Assembly (NCBI GenBank): GCA_030141605.1
Contig: JAQGDQ010000516.1
Location: 62,001 to 126,000, forward strand
Direction of reading: 5' to 3'
Origin: Tubiluchus corallicola
Taxonomy: Eukaryota; Animalia; Priapulida
Length of the DNA: 64,000 bases
Position 1 is the stretch's first letter. The number at the start of each line of letters is the position of its first letter. This document shows, in pieces, positions 1 to 13,002 of this stretch. The translations under genes and the position numbers were made by a program. The notes below the pieces were generated by a model. It saw nothing but the letters and a program-made list of their open reading frames with translations, had not been told where the DNA came from and did not search any database.

Positions 1-143
1 GTGCTGCCAAACACTGCTGTAACCGTGGTTTTATCATGCAAGCAAAATGTTGCTGGCTTGTTCACAATAGCAGTCACCATTCGCAAAAACCGTTCTCGAA
101 GATAACAACGCTCTTCTTGCTCTCGCACATTTGTGACCTCCAT
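1..143 (-). CDS. GEMIN7: Gem-associated protein 7 (SMN complex), 5' part; runs off the window start
   Basis: Minus-strand translation from the ATG at 143 is MEVTNVREQEERCYLRERFLRMVTAIVNKPATFCLHDKTTVTAVFGS, matching the Gemin7 pattern EQ..R..LRER(Y/F)LR......V.F.LH....V.A.FG. A splice acceptor (tattttctacag) at 169-180 bounds the exon. Not in the ORF track. Confidence 0.88.
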   Translation of the reverse strand, partial: MEVTNVREQEERCYLRERFLRMVTAIVNKPATFCLHDKTTVTAVFGS

Positions 144-1886
144 CAACTGTGGCTTCCTTTAAATTTCCCTGTAGAAAATACCAGATTCATTAGAGGTTAA
201 TCCCAGCTTTTATACTAGCCAGGTGCACCCCAAACTTCTAGTGTGTCATTAAAGACTTTTTAGAAGTACAATATATTGTTAAAGAGTTCAAGACTTAACG
301 ATTAAACATCCAACAATTAAAATTTAAGATGACATTTATTCATTTTACATTAATTGCAAAGCAATCCACTATTACCATATTCAGTTTATTCTGACGTTAC
401 TGCAAAAAAGCCTAACCTACAACACAGCCTGCCTACATTTCTGATTAAAAGCCACATTTTGGGTCATGCAAGAGATAAAGCCCATTTCAAATGGTTACAA
501 AGGGGTGTTGTTATTGTTGTTATTAAGTTACGCCATGGTGTATTCCCCTCTCTAGTACTACATTTATTTAGTCGGTTCAGCTGGGACTAGGTCCAACAAA
601 ATTAATTAAATACTTATTTTTACCTTCGATGGTCAGGGCGAAGCTAATAGCTTTTTGCCATACACAACAAACTATATAACCTGAAATCTGCACTAATATG
701 GAATCTGAATAATCTGGAATAGGTAAGCAAGTAATTTTAAGGAACGGTTGCTGGCTAGCAGAGTAATTTCGCATCTCTCAACGTTCATAGAATTGTGTAC
801 TTAATTTTTGCAATTATGAGAGTCAACATAAAAAATAAGGCAATTCTATATGCTACTCAGCTTGCAACTTAATGATCACAAAAGGAATAATGAGGTTGGT
901 GAAATGCGATAATTATAATGCCAGCTCACTGTTAAAGCATTTCACCACTAGTAGTAGTAGTATGCTTCTCATTGGAAAACGAGAAATTGTAATTGTAATT
1001 TATTATCACTTCAGCGTGTATTTTTACAATGCACTTTATATTATTATCTTTATAACTATTATGCGTTATAACTAGGAAAATGCAATATAGTTACAATAAT
1101 TGTAACAGAACTACATTAGTATACTATAGCGTGGTACAGTTAGGGAAAAATTCCAAATATAATTACAAAAATTTAACAGAAGTATATTAACATAGTTACT
1201 AAACTACATAATAAGAATACCTAAACATAATAAGCAAAAGCAAGAACAAACAAAATCAAATAAATTAAAGATGAAAAATTAGGAAAGAACTCATGAAACA
1301 ACCTTGATTCTCGTATTCATAGTTCATACCTACACCTTTTCAGAGTTTTCACAATCAAACGCTGCCAATGCGGTGGCTCTTCAAAATATCGACAAGATAA
1401 AGCCGCGTAACAAAAGATTCCCTAAACTCTTAAGCCAACTTAGTCACGTGGCTGATAGTAGAAGAGATATATTTACAAATTATCAAACAAAATAAGTTAT
1501 ATTCCAAATAGCAGTTTTGATTACCAATCATCGTGGACCACTTAGATATGAAATTGCTGTACTGTCTGAGTATCTGAGCCGATACTATCGAAATGGATTA
1601 GCCTTTATAGATTGGTAATATTAATAGTTCAAGGTTAACAGTTCATAACGTAATATTTACCCTTAATCACCAAATTTGGAATTTGGACTCTCAAGAGGCA
1701 ACTGAGTTTGTCAACGTGCCCTGCTGTCGGTGGTGTCACTATTCACGCTTGTTACAGTTCTCTGATCCTCGACCTCTAAAAGGATTTTCTAAAAAAAAAG
1801 CTTCAGCCTAGATTTGGTTTTACATACATAACTAAACAAGTGGCAAATTTTAACCAAACTTGTAAGTTAATTATTACTTATTAAGA

Positions 1887-4800
1887 ATGTCTAAACCTAT
1901 TCGCTCTGAATATGGCCTTCTCGTGGCTGCACTTTTTGGTGTTATATGCTATTACCAAGTTGTCTACAATGTTTTTGGAACTGCAGAGGATTTAACATTA
2001 TGTACAAGACTCTGGTCAGGTACGTATATACGTAAAATATTAACTTATTAATTAACTTTTTAAGCCAATTGCCACAAATGAAGCCAAAGGCCAGACATTG
2101 TAAAGACTATAGTAATTTATAAACATTTGGGAATCGCAAAAATATCTGATACCACCTAATTTATTAAACCTTTAAAACTTAATTTATATCAAACTATGAG
2201 CCTTACTGAAAAATAATATGTCCAAAGAAAAAGAAGAGTAGAAAAAATAATAAATTACGATCGTATTCTCCATTCTTAACTTCACTAAAATATGTATAAG
2301 TGCTCGTGACCTCCTCATTGAAAACGACGTCCAAAAATTCTTGTTGAGCAACAGATATTCCAGCATTGTAATAGCCAAGAAATTGAAAATTTTATAGCAG
2401 GTTGTTGATTATGTAATTTTATCAGAAAAACTTAGTGTAATTTGTCTAACTTGAATCCTACTTTTCTATCACTTACTGATGAGGATGAACTCATACTATT
2501 ACTAAACTGTGATAATTATGAGATTATGGTGTTGAATGCAAAATTTTTAATGAACTGTTTTAATAAGTAAAACTTGTAAAACAGGAATAACGTGCGTATA
2601 ATTGAATGTCTAACTGAGTGTATAACTTAATGGACCACTAATGAAATGATATGATGTAATACAGTTAGGTAGTATATATAAAATTTTAATACATGAAATT
2701 ACATTAAAAATTGATGTATTAATTCATTATTATTGTATTTGACTATTTGGTTCATTTATTTATTTATAATTTTATTTTCTTAAATGTATTGTTCTTATGC
2801 AAAGTGTTATTGTATGATGAAGCTAGTCAGTTAGGTTTATTGTCTCGGCATATAGTATTATGTTATACAGTAAGTCCTCGCTTGTCGACACTAATGCATT
2901 CCAGAAAAACAGGACATTCAATTAAATGAAACAGAGACTTCCATAGAGAGTAATGTAAAACAATAGAGATACGTTTCAATAGCAAAAATCAATGTTGCTT
3001 AAAACTTGTAAATTAAACAGTTTATAGGTTTTATTCATATTTCAACTGATTAATTTCTTTCTATTTGCTTGAAACCACCTATCTTTCTATAATATCTAGC
3101 TAGATTTGCTTTGTGGTTCGCTTTCCATAACGTAAAAGACAATATATATAGACAGTTAGCAGTTAAACACTGCATAGTGAGAGCCAAGCCTGCATGAAGC
3201 GACCTTGAAACAATTTCATGTCGTACTAACCTGGTTGTTATAGCAACAGCTAGATTGCAAAGTTTCTTTGCATAAAGTTTAAGCTCGTGTGTGTGGAGCA
3301 TATAAGCTGGCGAATAGATCTCGCTTGATGCAAAGGGCTAGAATTTATATGTAATCAGCCGGGAAGCAAAAGCGTTACAATAATTGCACTGTTTAGGGTA
3401 TTAAGCATTTTAGAACAGAATAATACAGTACCGTTTTAATGTTTCAAATTAGGTAAAAACTGATGTTGATAAAATAAAAATGGCTATGAACAAAGTCAAA
3501 AAATCGCCGTTAAAATGAAACATCTGTTGTTAAGTGAGAAAAAGGTGTCAAATGTCAACGTTGTTAAAACGAAACATCCCTAAACAGGGAGCCATTAAGC
3601 AAGGTCTTGCTGTATTGTATTGTATTATATGTAATACCATTCGGTATGTCTAAATCGAATTGTCTAAATTGTGTTTTGTGTATCATGTATGTCATTACAT
3701 CACTTGTGTTCATCAAGAAACTTAGTTTTTTTCGTAAAAATATGAAAGTGTATAGACATGTCCAATAAATTGACTATTACATTGAATTTGCTAGTGATTT
3801 GCTGGCCATATTGCAGCTTTTCTGTGTAGAATGCAGCTTATCCCATGCTGTGTGACTTATCTGAATAGCATATGGAAGTTTATCTTTTTAGCTGTAGTAC
3901 TATGAGTCTCCTGGTTTTGACATCTTAAACTCTTATGGTTGTTTATGTGGCACACTTTATTACCTTTGCAGCCAGAATATCTGTTCTGTGAACTACCTGA
4001 ATTCAAAACAAATTTACATAGACCGTGTGCCCAAATAGCAAATTAAAATTCATCAGAACAACGACAATTACTTAAAAGTGAATTACATTAACTATCTCTT
4101 TTGGCTTATAGTTAATTTTCAGGCCTGAGAAAGTGAGGTTTTATCACTGCAATTAATTGTTTGCAACACTGGAATGTAGAAGACCTCCACAAGTTAGATA
4201 CCTATGGATAAATAAAATTGTTCAGGCTTTTAAATTGTCATTTACATTATATAGTTGTGAGCCTATAATTATTGGTGATTCTTTGTCTTTTAGGAACTCA
4301 AAAAACATATCATAGCCCAAACATTCATTTGACAAGTATTTGAAAAAAGTTGATTGGTATAATTCTAGTTTTTAAAAATGTGCCCCAACAGTGCAACTGA
4401 CTTAGTTTGTCGAAATTGTATTGGCCAGTTTCCAGTGGGCGCCTAAGCATTGTCGCCCAATTACCGCTCTTGGAACATTCATTTAGGCAAATCATTTATC
4501 TTGATTTTGAGGCAGAATTGTCGTCTATACTGTGTGCAAGTATCAACCACTGGTGGTTAATATTAAATAAACTGTATTTGATTCAATCAGTAAAACTCAC
4601 CTACTGTCCACCAACCGCCAGAATTCTAATGCGCAGCTGCTAGTTTTAGCCGTTATTGTAAGAGACCAGAGCAACAAAATTTCATCGCATTGTGCAGATT
4701 AGAAAACCTACAAAAGTATTTATGAACACACTATATCTCTAACAGTTGCACCGTACTTCAATTTTTTGCAAACATGTGCAACACACTTATGGAACGTTTT

Positions 4801-7800
4801 TGTTGGAAAAATTATGTTCATTTGTGATGTCATCACTAGTTGGGCTCGCCTGCCTTTAGCTAAAATTTTAATCTATTATTTAACTATTCAGAAATGCTTT
4901 TGCAATATTATTGGTATTAAAATGTATGCTTTTACTGTAATTCGAAATGGGTTAGCATGTGAAAAAATCGCCCTGTTTTCCTTTAAATGACGATTAAATA
5001 GTCATGAAGTTTTCATCTTTGTTGTCAAAGACGAAAAGCCATGCGAACCTATTAAATGTTCGTCAGCAGGTTCATTTGTTGTCGTATACTGATAGTGCAT
5101 GGGTTAGCATTAGACTCAATGTGCACTAACACCTGTCGCAACAATATAAAAATTTACTGTTATCACTATGCTAAACTAGAACTTATTTGCAAATATACAT
5201 GGACCATAAGGTTCTGCTGTAATTAAGCTGAGTCACTTGTCCTATAATTTGCAGTGAATTCTTCTAATTTCATTGTTGTTATTGAGCTAATGCAGCTTTA
5301 CTTTCTAATTTTATTGCATATTCACACATCATCATTTATTCTTCAGTGTTCAAAGCTGCATGTCTGGCCACACTCACAGCAGCTGCAGTGGACTTCTCAT
5401 TCTGCGGTCCCATTGCCGAGACGCATTCCTGCCTGACTGCCATTATTCATTACTTGGTTACTGTTATTTTTCACGTTGCGGGTATTTTAAGTTTCAAAAA
5501 GTTGGAAAAGCAGACCAAGTCAGTAAAAGAAACACAGGTGCTTACCACTTCCAGTAATATTTTTAGATTTATTTATGACATTTAAGTGTTCAGAGATTTT
5601 TGTTTCTGTTTTGTTGTTCTAAATAAAAAGCTAGGTATGTGTATGGGTAAATAACTTTGGATAAAAAAAAATTGTCTATGTCTTTGTTAAATTATTAATA
5701 ATAATAATATTATTATTATGCTCGCATTTAGTCTAGTTTAAACACATTGAAAAACAAAGATTACAACGTGGTTTTACAGTTTTGCGTACGTTCTTGCAAT
5801 TTACATATGTGTCTGATCATGAGCCCAGGAAATTTCAGTTGAAGGCAACAATGTGAAAAAGTGTTGTTCTCTATTCTTTGATTCTATGCAAAGGAGTTAT
5901 GTCATAGAATCATGATTGTAGATTCACTATTTATTCTATCCTGATGTTTTCAAAAGTTAGAAGTGATGATTATTAGCTAACAAACAACATACTCATTAAT
6001 GAAAATTTATGTAATGGATAGCTGGATTTGTTTGCCTTTTCTTGATTGTGAACTTTTTAAGCAAGCACTTCAAGTCATTATTGGTTCTAAATGTGTGTAT
6101 TATTTTTCAAAGTAGCTGAAGTATTATTTTGTTACCGTTAATACAGGAAAGATTCCTGCTTGATTTGCTAAAGGAGCGCAAATGTACAGAGTATGGCAAG
6201 GATTTCTGCTTTTGGGCTATACATTCGCGGGAACGATTTGTCCAAAAAAATAAACTAACCGTTTACTCAGACTACAAGGTAGGAAAATCAGTGTTTTTAC
6301 AGTCTACATATACATATGCATGTGTATATGTCACAATACTCACTATAATTATTGTTACATACTAGTATCAATGCATGAGACTTGTTGGTTTATATAGAGA
6401 AATGTTTAGCACTGGTTAGCACTGAAACACATTAATATCTAATAAATTATTATGCAATTTTACAGAGTTACATTGACAGAATAAAGGAAGGAGAAGAAAA
6501 TGTATTGTTTCCAAACCGGCCGCTTATGATGGCTCTCACATCAAGTACCAGTAGTGGAGTATCAAAAGCTATGCCTATTGCAAAAGAGTATTTTACAGCT
6601 CTGATAAAAGCTGTGAGTTCCAAAATCATTTTTGCTTTCTCAGTAATTTTTAAATTTTAGATTCAAAAAGGGTGTAGCCAACATGGACAGTATTATTGAT
6701 CAAATGCAACTAGTTATAAACAGTGAAATGTAAGACTGAAATCTAGGAGTTCTTTCCATGGTATTGATAGCCATGGTGTTGAATGACAATGTTGGAAGCT
6801 GGTGTTTTATTCAATTTTATTTATAAAGTTTTTTCTGAAACGTTGTTAGCTACTAAAAATGCTGATCAATTTGTGCTTTGCAAAATTTCAGCTGTTCAAG
6901 GATCATTTCATGATTACTGTATTATCAGTGATTTAAATCACATGAAAAACTGATTCTTGTTGTGGCAAATGTGATAAAAAGCATTTTAGGTTTATTATTA
7001 TATTATTACACATCCAACCATTTTTAGTGATTTTCTGATCAAGACCTGAAACCAACCGCCGTTTTGCCAGATTAACTTATTTCTTTACTGCATTGACAAT
7101 CCAGTTAAGCTAATAAGCTTAGACATCCGGGGGTATGGCTTCATTTAAATTTCGTTATTGTCGTGCCTAATGTACTTACTGGATATTGTTTAACAGCAGT
7201 TGGAACCATTGTACTTACTGTGAGTGTTGAACACTTTTATTACAGTCCTGACATATATCACCTGAACTTTTAGTAAAATCTAAAACATTTATTAAATAGT
7301 CTATTAGAAAGTCATGGTGCTATGTAGCCTCTGCCATGGGTCAGGTTTGCCAGTTTCTTTTGAACTTTTCTTAAAATGTCAGTCACAACATTGAAATTGT
7401 TAAATAGTTATAACATTCTTACTTTGCAGGTTGTACCTTTGATGACTTATCTTCTCTTCAAGGCATTTCCTGGTTTGCGTTCCATGTGCAAGACTATGTC
7501 AATTGCGTTTAAGCCGCGGTACTTGTACACAGAGTCTGGCACCGTTATGGGTCCCATTTCTGCACCACCACGCTCTAAACTTACTGGTTTGGCAATTTGA
7601 TCGTACATTCATATTAAATCCTATGATGTCTTGTGCTAAATATAGTAAATTTTACAGAGTCTTGAGCTAAAATCAAATAACAGGAGTTTCTCAGTATCAC
7701 TTACGCACATTGCTGATGGAATTGGCATCAGCAACATTTTTCTTCTAACTTAAAATTTACTTGTCAAAAATTCTCTATGTAAGCTATAAACATCTTATCT

Positions 7801-10800
7801 TTGTTGCCTCAGACATAAGTAATTTGAAATTTTGCAAACTCATTTTTATAGCTATAAAATATTGGCTGGTATTTTCTTAATTAAAATGGTTAATCAAACA
7901 CAAATAATGTTTGGATAAATTTGATGATGCTTTTACTGGTAGTTAAGAGAAAACGTTTTCTCACCTTTAATATTGACAAAATGTTTCTGATAATTAAATA
8001 TTAGCTTTGAAACTTAATTAATGATCGGTGAGGACAACTAGCAGTGACATCACAACTGAATGTAATTTTCTGCTACAGGCATTCCAAGAACGTGTTACAT
8101 GTCTTTGCGAGAGTAAAAATTTAAATGGGGCACTGCTGTATAATGTGTGATGCACAAAAAATTTCAGGCTTAAAGTTTAAAAACTCGAATTTAAAGTTTA
8201 TTGCTGTGCTCACGAAATTGCATGCCACATCAAACCAAAATGTGTTCTCATGATCTAGATCCTTTTTTCCTTTACGCTAAACAGCAGGATGTGTCGGTCA
8301 TAGGATGTAGTAAGGTCGATCTAAATTTGTACAGTAAGTCCTTGCTTGACGACTTCCCTGATGTTTCGTACAGTGTTTTGCTGTACAGTGTTCAAGTATA
8401 GCAAAGGGCTTCAAAGTTAATGAAAGAGAACCTGCTAGCTAGATACTGGTAGAAAAGATAGCTGGTTTCAATCAAACAGAAAGAAATTAATCAGTGGAAA
8501 TATGAATAAAACTCCTAAAACGTCTAATTTATATGAATTCAGCACCATTGATTTTTGCCTTTCAGGCATATCTTTATTGTTATACATTACATTTTATGTA
8601 AATCTTGGCTTCATTTAAGTGGAATGCATTAGTGTTGTTAAGCAAGGACTTAGTGTACTAGATTACTTCTTTGTCTTTGATTGTCCACTTAAGGTTTAAT
8701 TTAACTTCATATTAATATGTAGCCTTTGACTGCCTACATATTAACTACAAAACACTTTTGTTTGACTTTATCAACCTGTTTGAATTTAAAAATTTTTAAT
8801 TTTTACACTTTAGATTTTTTCATGATATTTGCGTCTACTCCTGTACCAGCCTTGGACATTCCAACTGAAGCTGAAATGATGTACATTCATCTGCTGTTTG
8901 GTTTAAAAGACAAAAATTTATGTGGGTTGAATTGTCTATATTATAGCTTTATCTAGTCTAGGGAATTATACGTTATTGGTTATTATGGCAAAATTATTTT
9001 TTTATTGTATGTTATTAACTTTAATACAATTGTGTATTGTGTACTTTAAATTATGCTGTTAACTTTATACCATCTTGACTTGGTATATTTTATGGTCTTC
9101 CATTCAAGTATCTGTTTTTAGATACTTGATCAACAAATTCATTTTTATCTTGGTATCTCTTAAATTGCCTATCTCCTAATGTGATGCTGTATGTAGCTAG
9201 CTCAAATAACTATTTGAGCTTTTTGCCTATAGTATCTTTTGTACACCTGTGTGCTAAAAGAGTAAATATTTATGTTATCGTTTTTCAATAATCAGAACTA
9301 TATTTAAGCTTAACTAAGATTTTTTTTGTGTAGGTAAAATAGAAACATCTTTTGCACCAGTAGTTGTTTCAATGGGAAAGACATTGGAATCAAAATGGAA
9401 GCAGTTGGTTCACGATATCCGAGTTGGCCGCATTGATCCTACGCTAAACATTGACGAAGGTTTAAGATGGAAACTTAATTTAGAAGTAAGTATTCATACA
9501 TGAACTGCTCAATAGCATTGATTAGTGGTTTAATTGATTGGTTAGCTGTCAGGCAGACATGCTGTTGGCATACTGTCTGTTTGATTATATTTTAATAAGT
9601 TGTATAACCGTTAAATATTGTGTTTCTACATCTGCCTGTAAAGTTTAGTATTTTGATTAGATTGAACTTACTTTTGTAGACGTTTGAGTTAGTTGTTTAT
9701 GGACGAGTAAACAACTGTTACAAAAACACTTTAATAAAATTGTACTAAATTGCAATTTTAGCACAGTGTCTTGTATGATATTCATCCAAATTTTTCATTA
9801 GAACATTTAATTTCTTTCATTCAGCCTGCAGTTACCTGGATCAGACTGATTAGTAAGTTAATATTTCTTTGAAATCTATTTAATAATTCTTTGCAGAGTG
9901 TGAAAAGCCAAATGGTCATGATGTGTACTTTGGTTAAAAAACTTAAGTAATGCTGGGCCCAGTTAGTAAAATATTTGAGCGATCACCTTGAAACCATCAC
10001 TTTGCCTTGCAACGCTTCTGCAGCTGGAAGAGACTGCATCAGAACAAAAACTTGGATATTGCTGCCAGCTCATTGTCTCATCTTAGCGTATTTTTCTTCA
10101 TCATGAGCTATGTTGTTGTCCTACCACAACCGTCCACATTTAGTAGGCCTTCCAGTGAGTGCTAACTTGCAGTATGCCAAATTACACAAAAAATATTTGC
10201 ATGTTTGTATCCCATTCTTATCTGCTTGCTTAAAAACTTAGTTTATTTCTTTAGTTCTCGAAATCTTTACCTGGCTGGAAATTTCCTCCGTTTGTTTGGC
10301 TGCATGAAAAACCTTCTTTTCCTTTTTCTTTATTTTTCATGACCATTTTACCTTTATATTCAGCTTGCATTGCAACTTGGCAAAGTTTCTGTAACTCTTT
10401 ACGCAAAAGTGTGGCGAATTACAGCCAAAGAGCTCTAACATACCTGCTTTGCCTGTGTTTGTGATTTTCAAGTTTTCTTCACTTTTATAATTTGCCTGCA
10501 CTTCTGAATTCCTGATTGTAGAGTTTTTGTGTAATAGTGATAAGTTTTAGGGTGTAAATGAATTTCTTTAAGAATAATTTCATATATGCTGACCACTACA
10601 ACAGTTATGATAAGATTCTACCAACACATCTCATACCTTTTGTAAAAAATGCACCTTGTGATTTTTAAAAGAATAGCTCACTTAATGTAACAAATGAAGC
10701 ACAACAGTGCAGTCTCTAACTAAATTTTAAGACAATTGAACTTGCTTAAATATTGATCTTTTCTAGTGGATCAGTAAAAACAGTGAAGTTCCCCATTGTT

Positions 10801-12935
10801 TATACTGAAATTCAAAAGACGATATTAAAAATAATAACCATCTTATTGTTGCATTTAATATTTGATAAGTTTGCATATCTGTGTTACTTGAATCATTGGC
10901 TCGCTAAGCCTTAAACTTGGTTAACTCTGTTACGTCATGTTAATCCTGAATCTTTGTAAAAATTTAATGCGTTTCTGTGTTTTCCTCAGTATTTGAAACC
11001 TGACCCAGAACGTGCCGAATTCCTTCAAAGAGAATTCGAAAAAGGATTTGATGGGATATTCAAACGAGTCTGGCCGCGTCTATCACATATCCAATGTTTA
11101 ACATCAGGTAAACATGGTTTTTCCGTACCAGGTGTTTACTGTTCAAGTTTTTATTGATTGTGTAATAATTACTTGATAATAATCATAATAATAACAATAA
11201 TAATAATAATAATAATAATTTGAATAATAAGCTGAGTAATGTCCACTTTGTTCAAAGATGTTTCAGAAATTTTTTACTTTGTTATAAGTATTATAATATT
11301 AAAATTTTAAATTTAGGTTTCGAGAAACTTACAGAAATAAATTATATTATTTTAATCAATTGTCTTATCTTGAAAAATAAAGATAAAACTAAAAAGTTTC
11401 TGAGACGCAGAATTTCTTACTCTGATTTAAGTAGGGCAGGTGCCTATGCAGAAGAAAAAATGTGAGGTATGTCTGTTGATTCATTGTGCTTTGATCTTAC
11501 AAACCACTTTTTACGTACTTGAGTAGGGAGTAGGAATATAGTTATAATTTCAGCATTTTCAGCAATCAAACTGCAAGCCATGCATTGCATATTTTTTTCT
11601 TACTATCTTGTAGTTGGATTTTGTCAACACTTCTTTTCATTTCTAGAATCTCACTTCTACAAATGTAGTGTTTAACATCTAAATACAGTCCGTAAGTCTA
11701 TTTTTACACAGCTTGTTGCCCACATTCATGTTATACAACTTTACCTTTGCATTAGACTGAACTGAACAAACTTCAAGTACCATCATAGATCATCAACTTG
11801 AAAATAAATTATAATTTCCGCGATTGAGCTTACACTGATGCACATTGTCTCAAGTACAGCAACTTTCAACCATCTACAAACTGTATAAAGTCTTTTAACT
11901 CTTGTTTCTTACTGTCACAACTCTCATGAAAAACGAGCTTGAACATATTGCTATGCCATACAATAAAAGAAAGATTTTACACAAATAGCCAAATAGACTA
12001 ATTTATGTTGCCATTTTGCAAAAAAAATTGATTCCTTTCTTAAAATGCCTTACACTTACCTCGGTACATACCAGAATATCTCAGGCTGATAATGGATTTT
12101 TCTTCTACTGTTGTGCAATGTCATCAAGTGCTAGGCTGATGGATGTGCATAGTTCTGCACTTGCTTGTCTAATAGTTTATGAGTCATTTAAAAGACTATT
12201 TCCAGACAAATTGCATCTTAAATATCAATTTAAATTTTTCTTATGAATTTTAGGCAGTTTCAGCATCCATATGGAAAAACTGAAAAATGGATATGCCAGA
12301 GGCTGTGACTTTTATTCCATGATGTATGGAGCAACAGAAGGAATGTTTGGTAAAAATAATAAGTGTACCACCCCTAGACCCCAGTTGTGTTCTCTAGACC
12401 ATCGGGTAACATATGCCTTAGAACATTTATGTCGTCATTTGATTGTTTTCTGGACCGCTCTGACGATGATGATGATGATGTTGATGTTACCGATGTTGAT
12501 AATGATTATTATAATGATGATGGCGATAATGATGACCAAACCATGTACCACAAAAACAGTTGCATGATTAGTTTACTTGTAATTAATTAATTTCGAAGGA
12601 CTGCACCAGGTCCTCCCAAGTTTAGATTTCTTAGTGCAATTTTGGTAACTTGCTGGTGCCAATTTTTAACTTTGTTGGTAATGTTTAGTTTTCGTAATTT
12701 ATTTCAGCGTTTAATCTGTGGCCACACCTAGAACCAAGTAGATATATGATGGTGCCGGTTTTGACATTTTATGAATTTATTCCACTAAATCAGGCATCAG
12801 ATGATCAACCCGAAACCCTATTTTTAGAACAGGTACCAGCATTGTCTCATTTTCTTATTCTATGCATGACACGAATTTTGATGTTTTACAATTTTCTAAG
12901 CATGTTTGTTTAGACTGTGTGTTTAGTAATTATTT

Positions 12936-13002
<67 letters not shown>

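Noticed and set aside
12271-12590. Poly-Met and poly-Asp ORFs
   Set aside because: Read-through of a GHDC exon into an intronic GAT repeat
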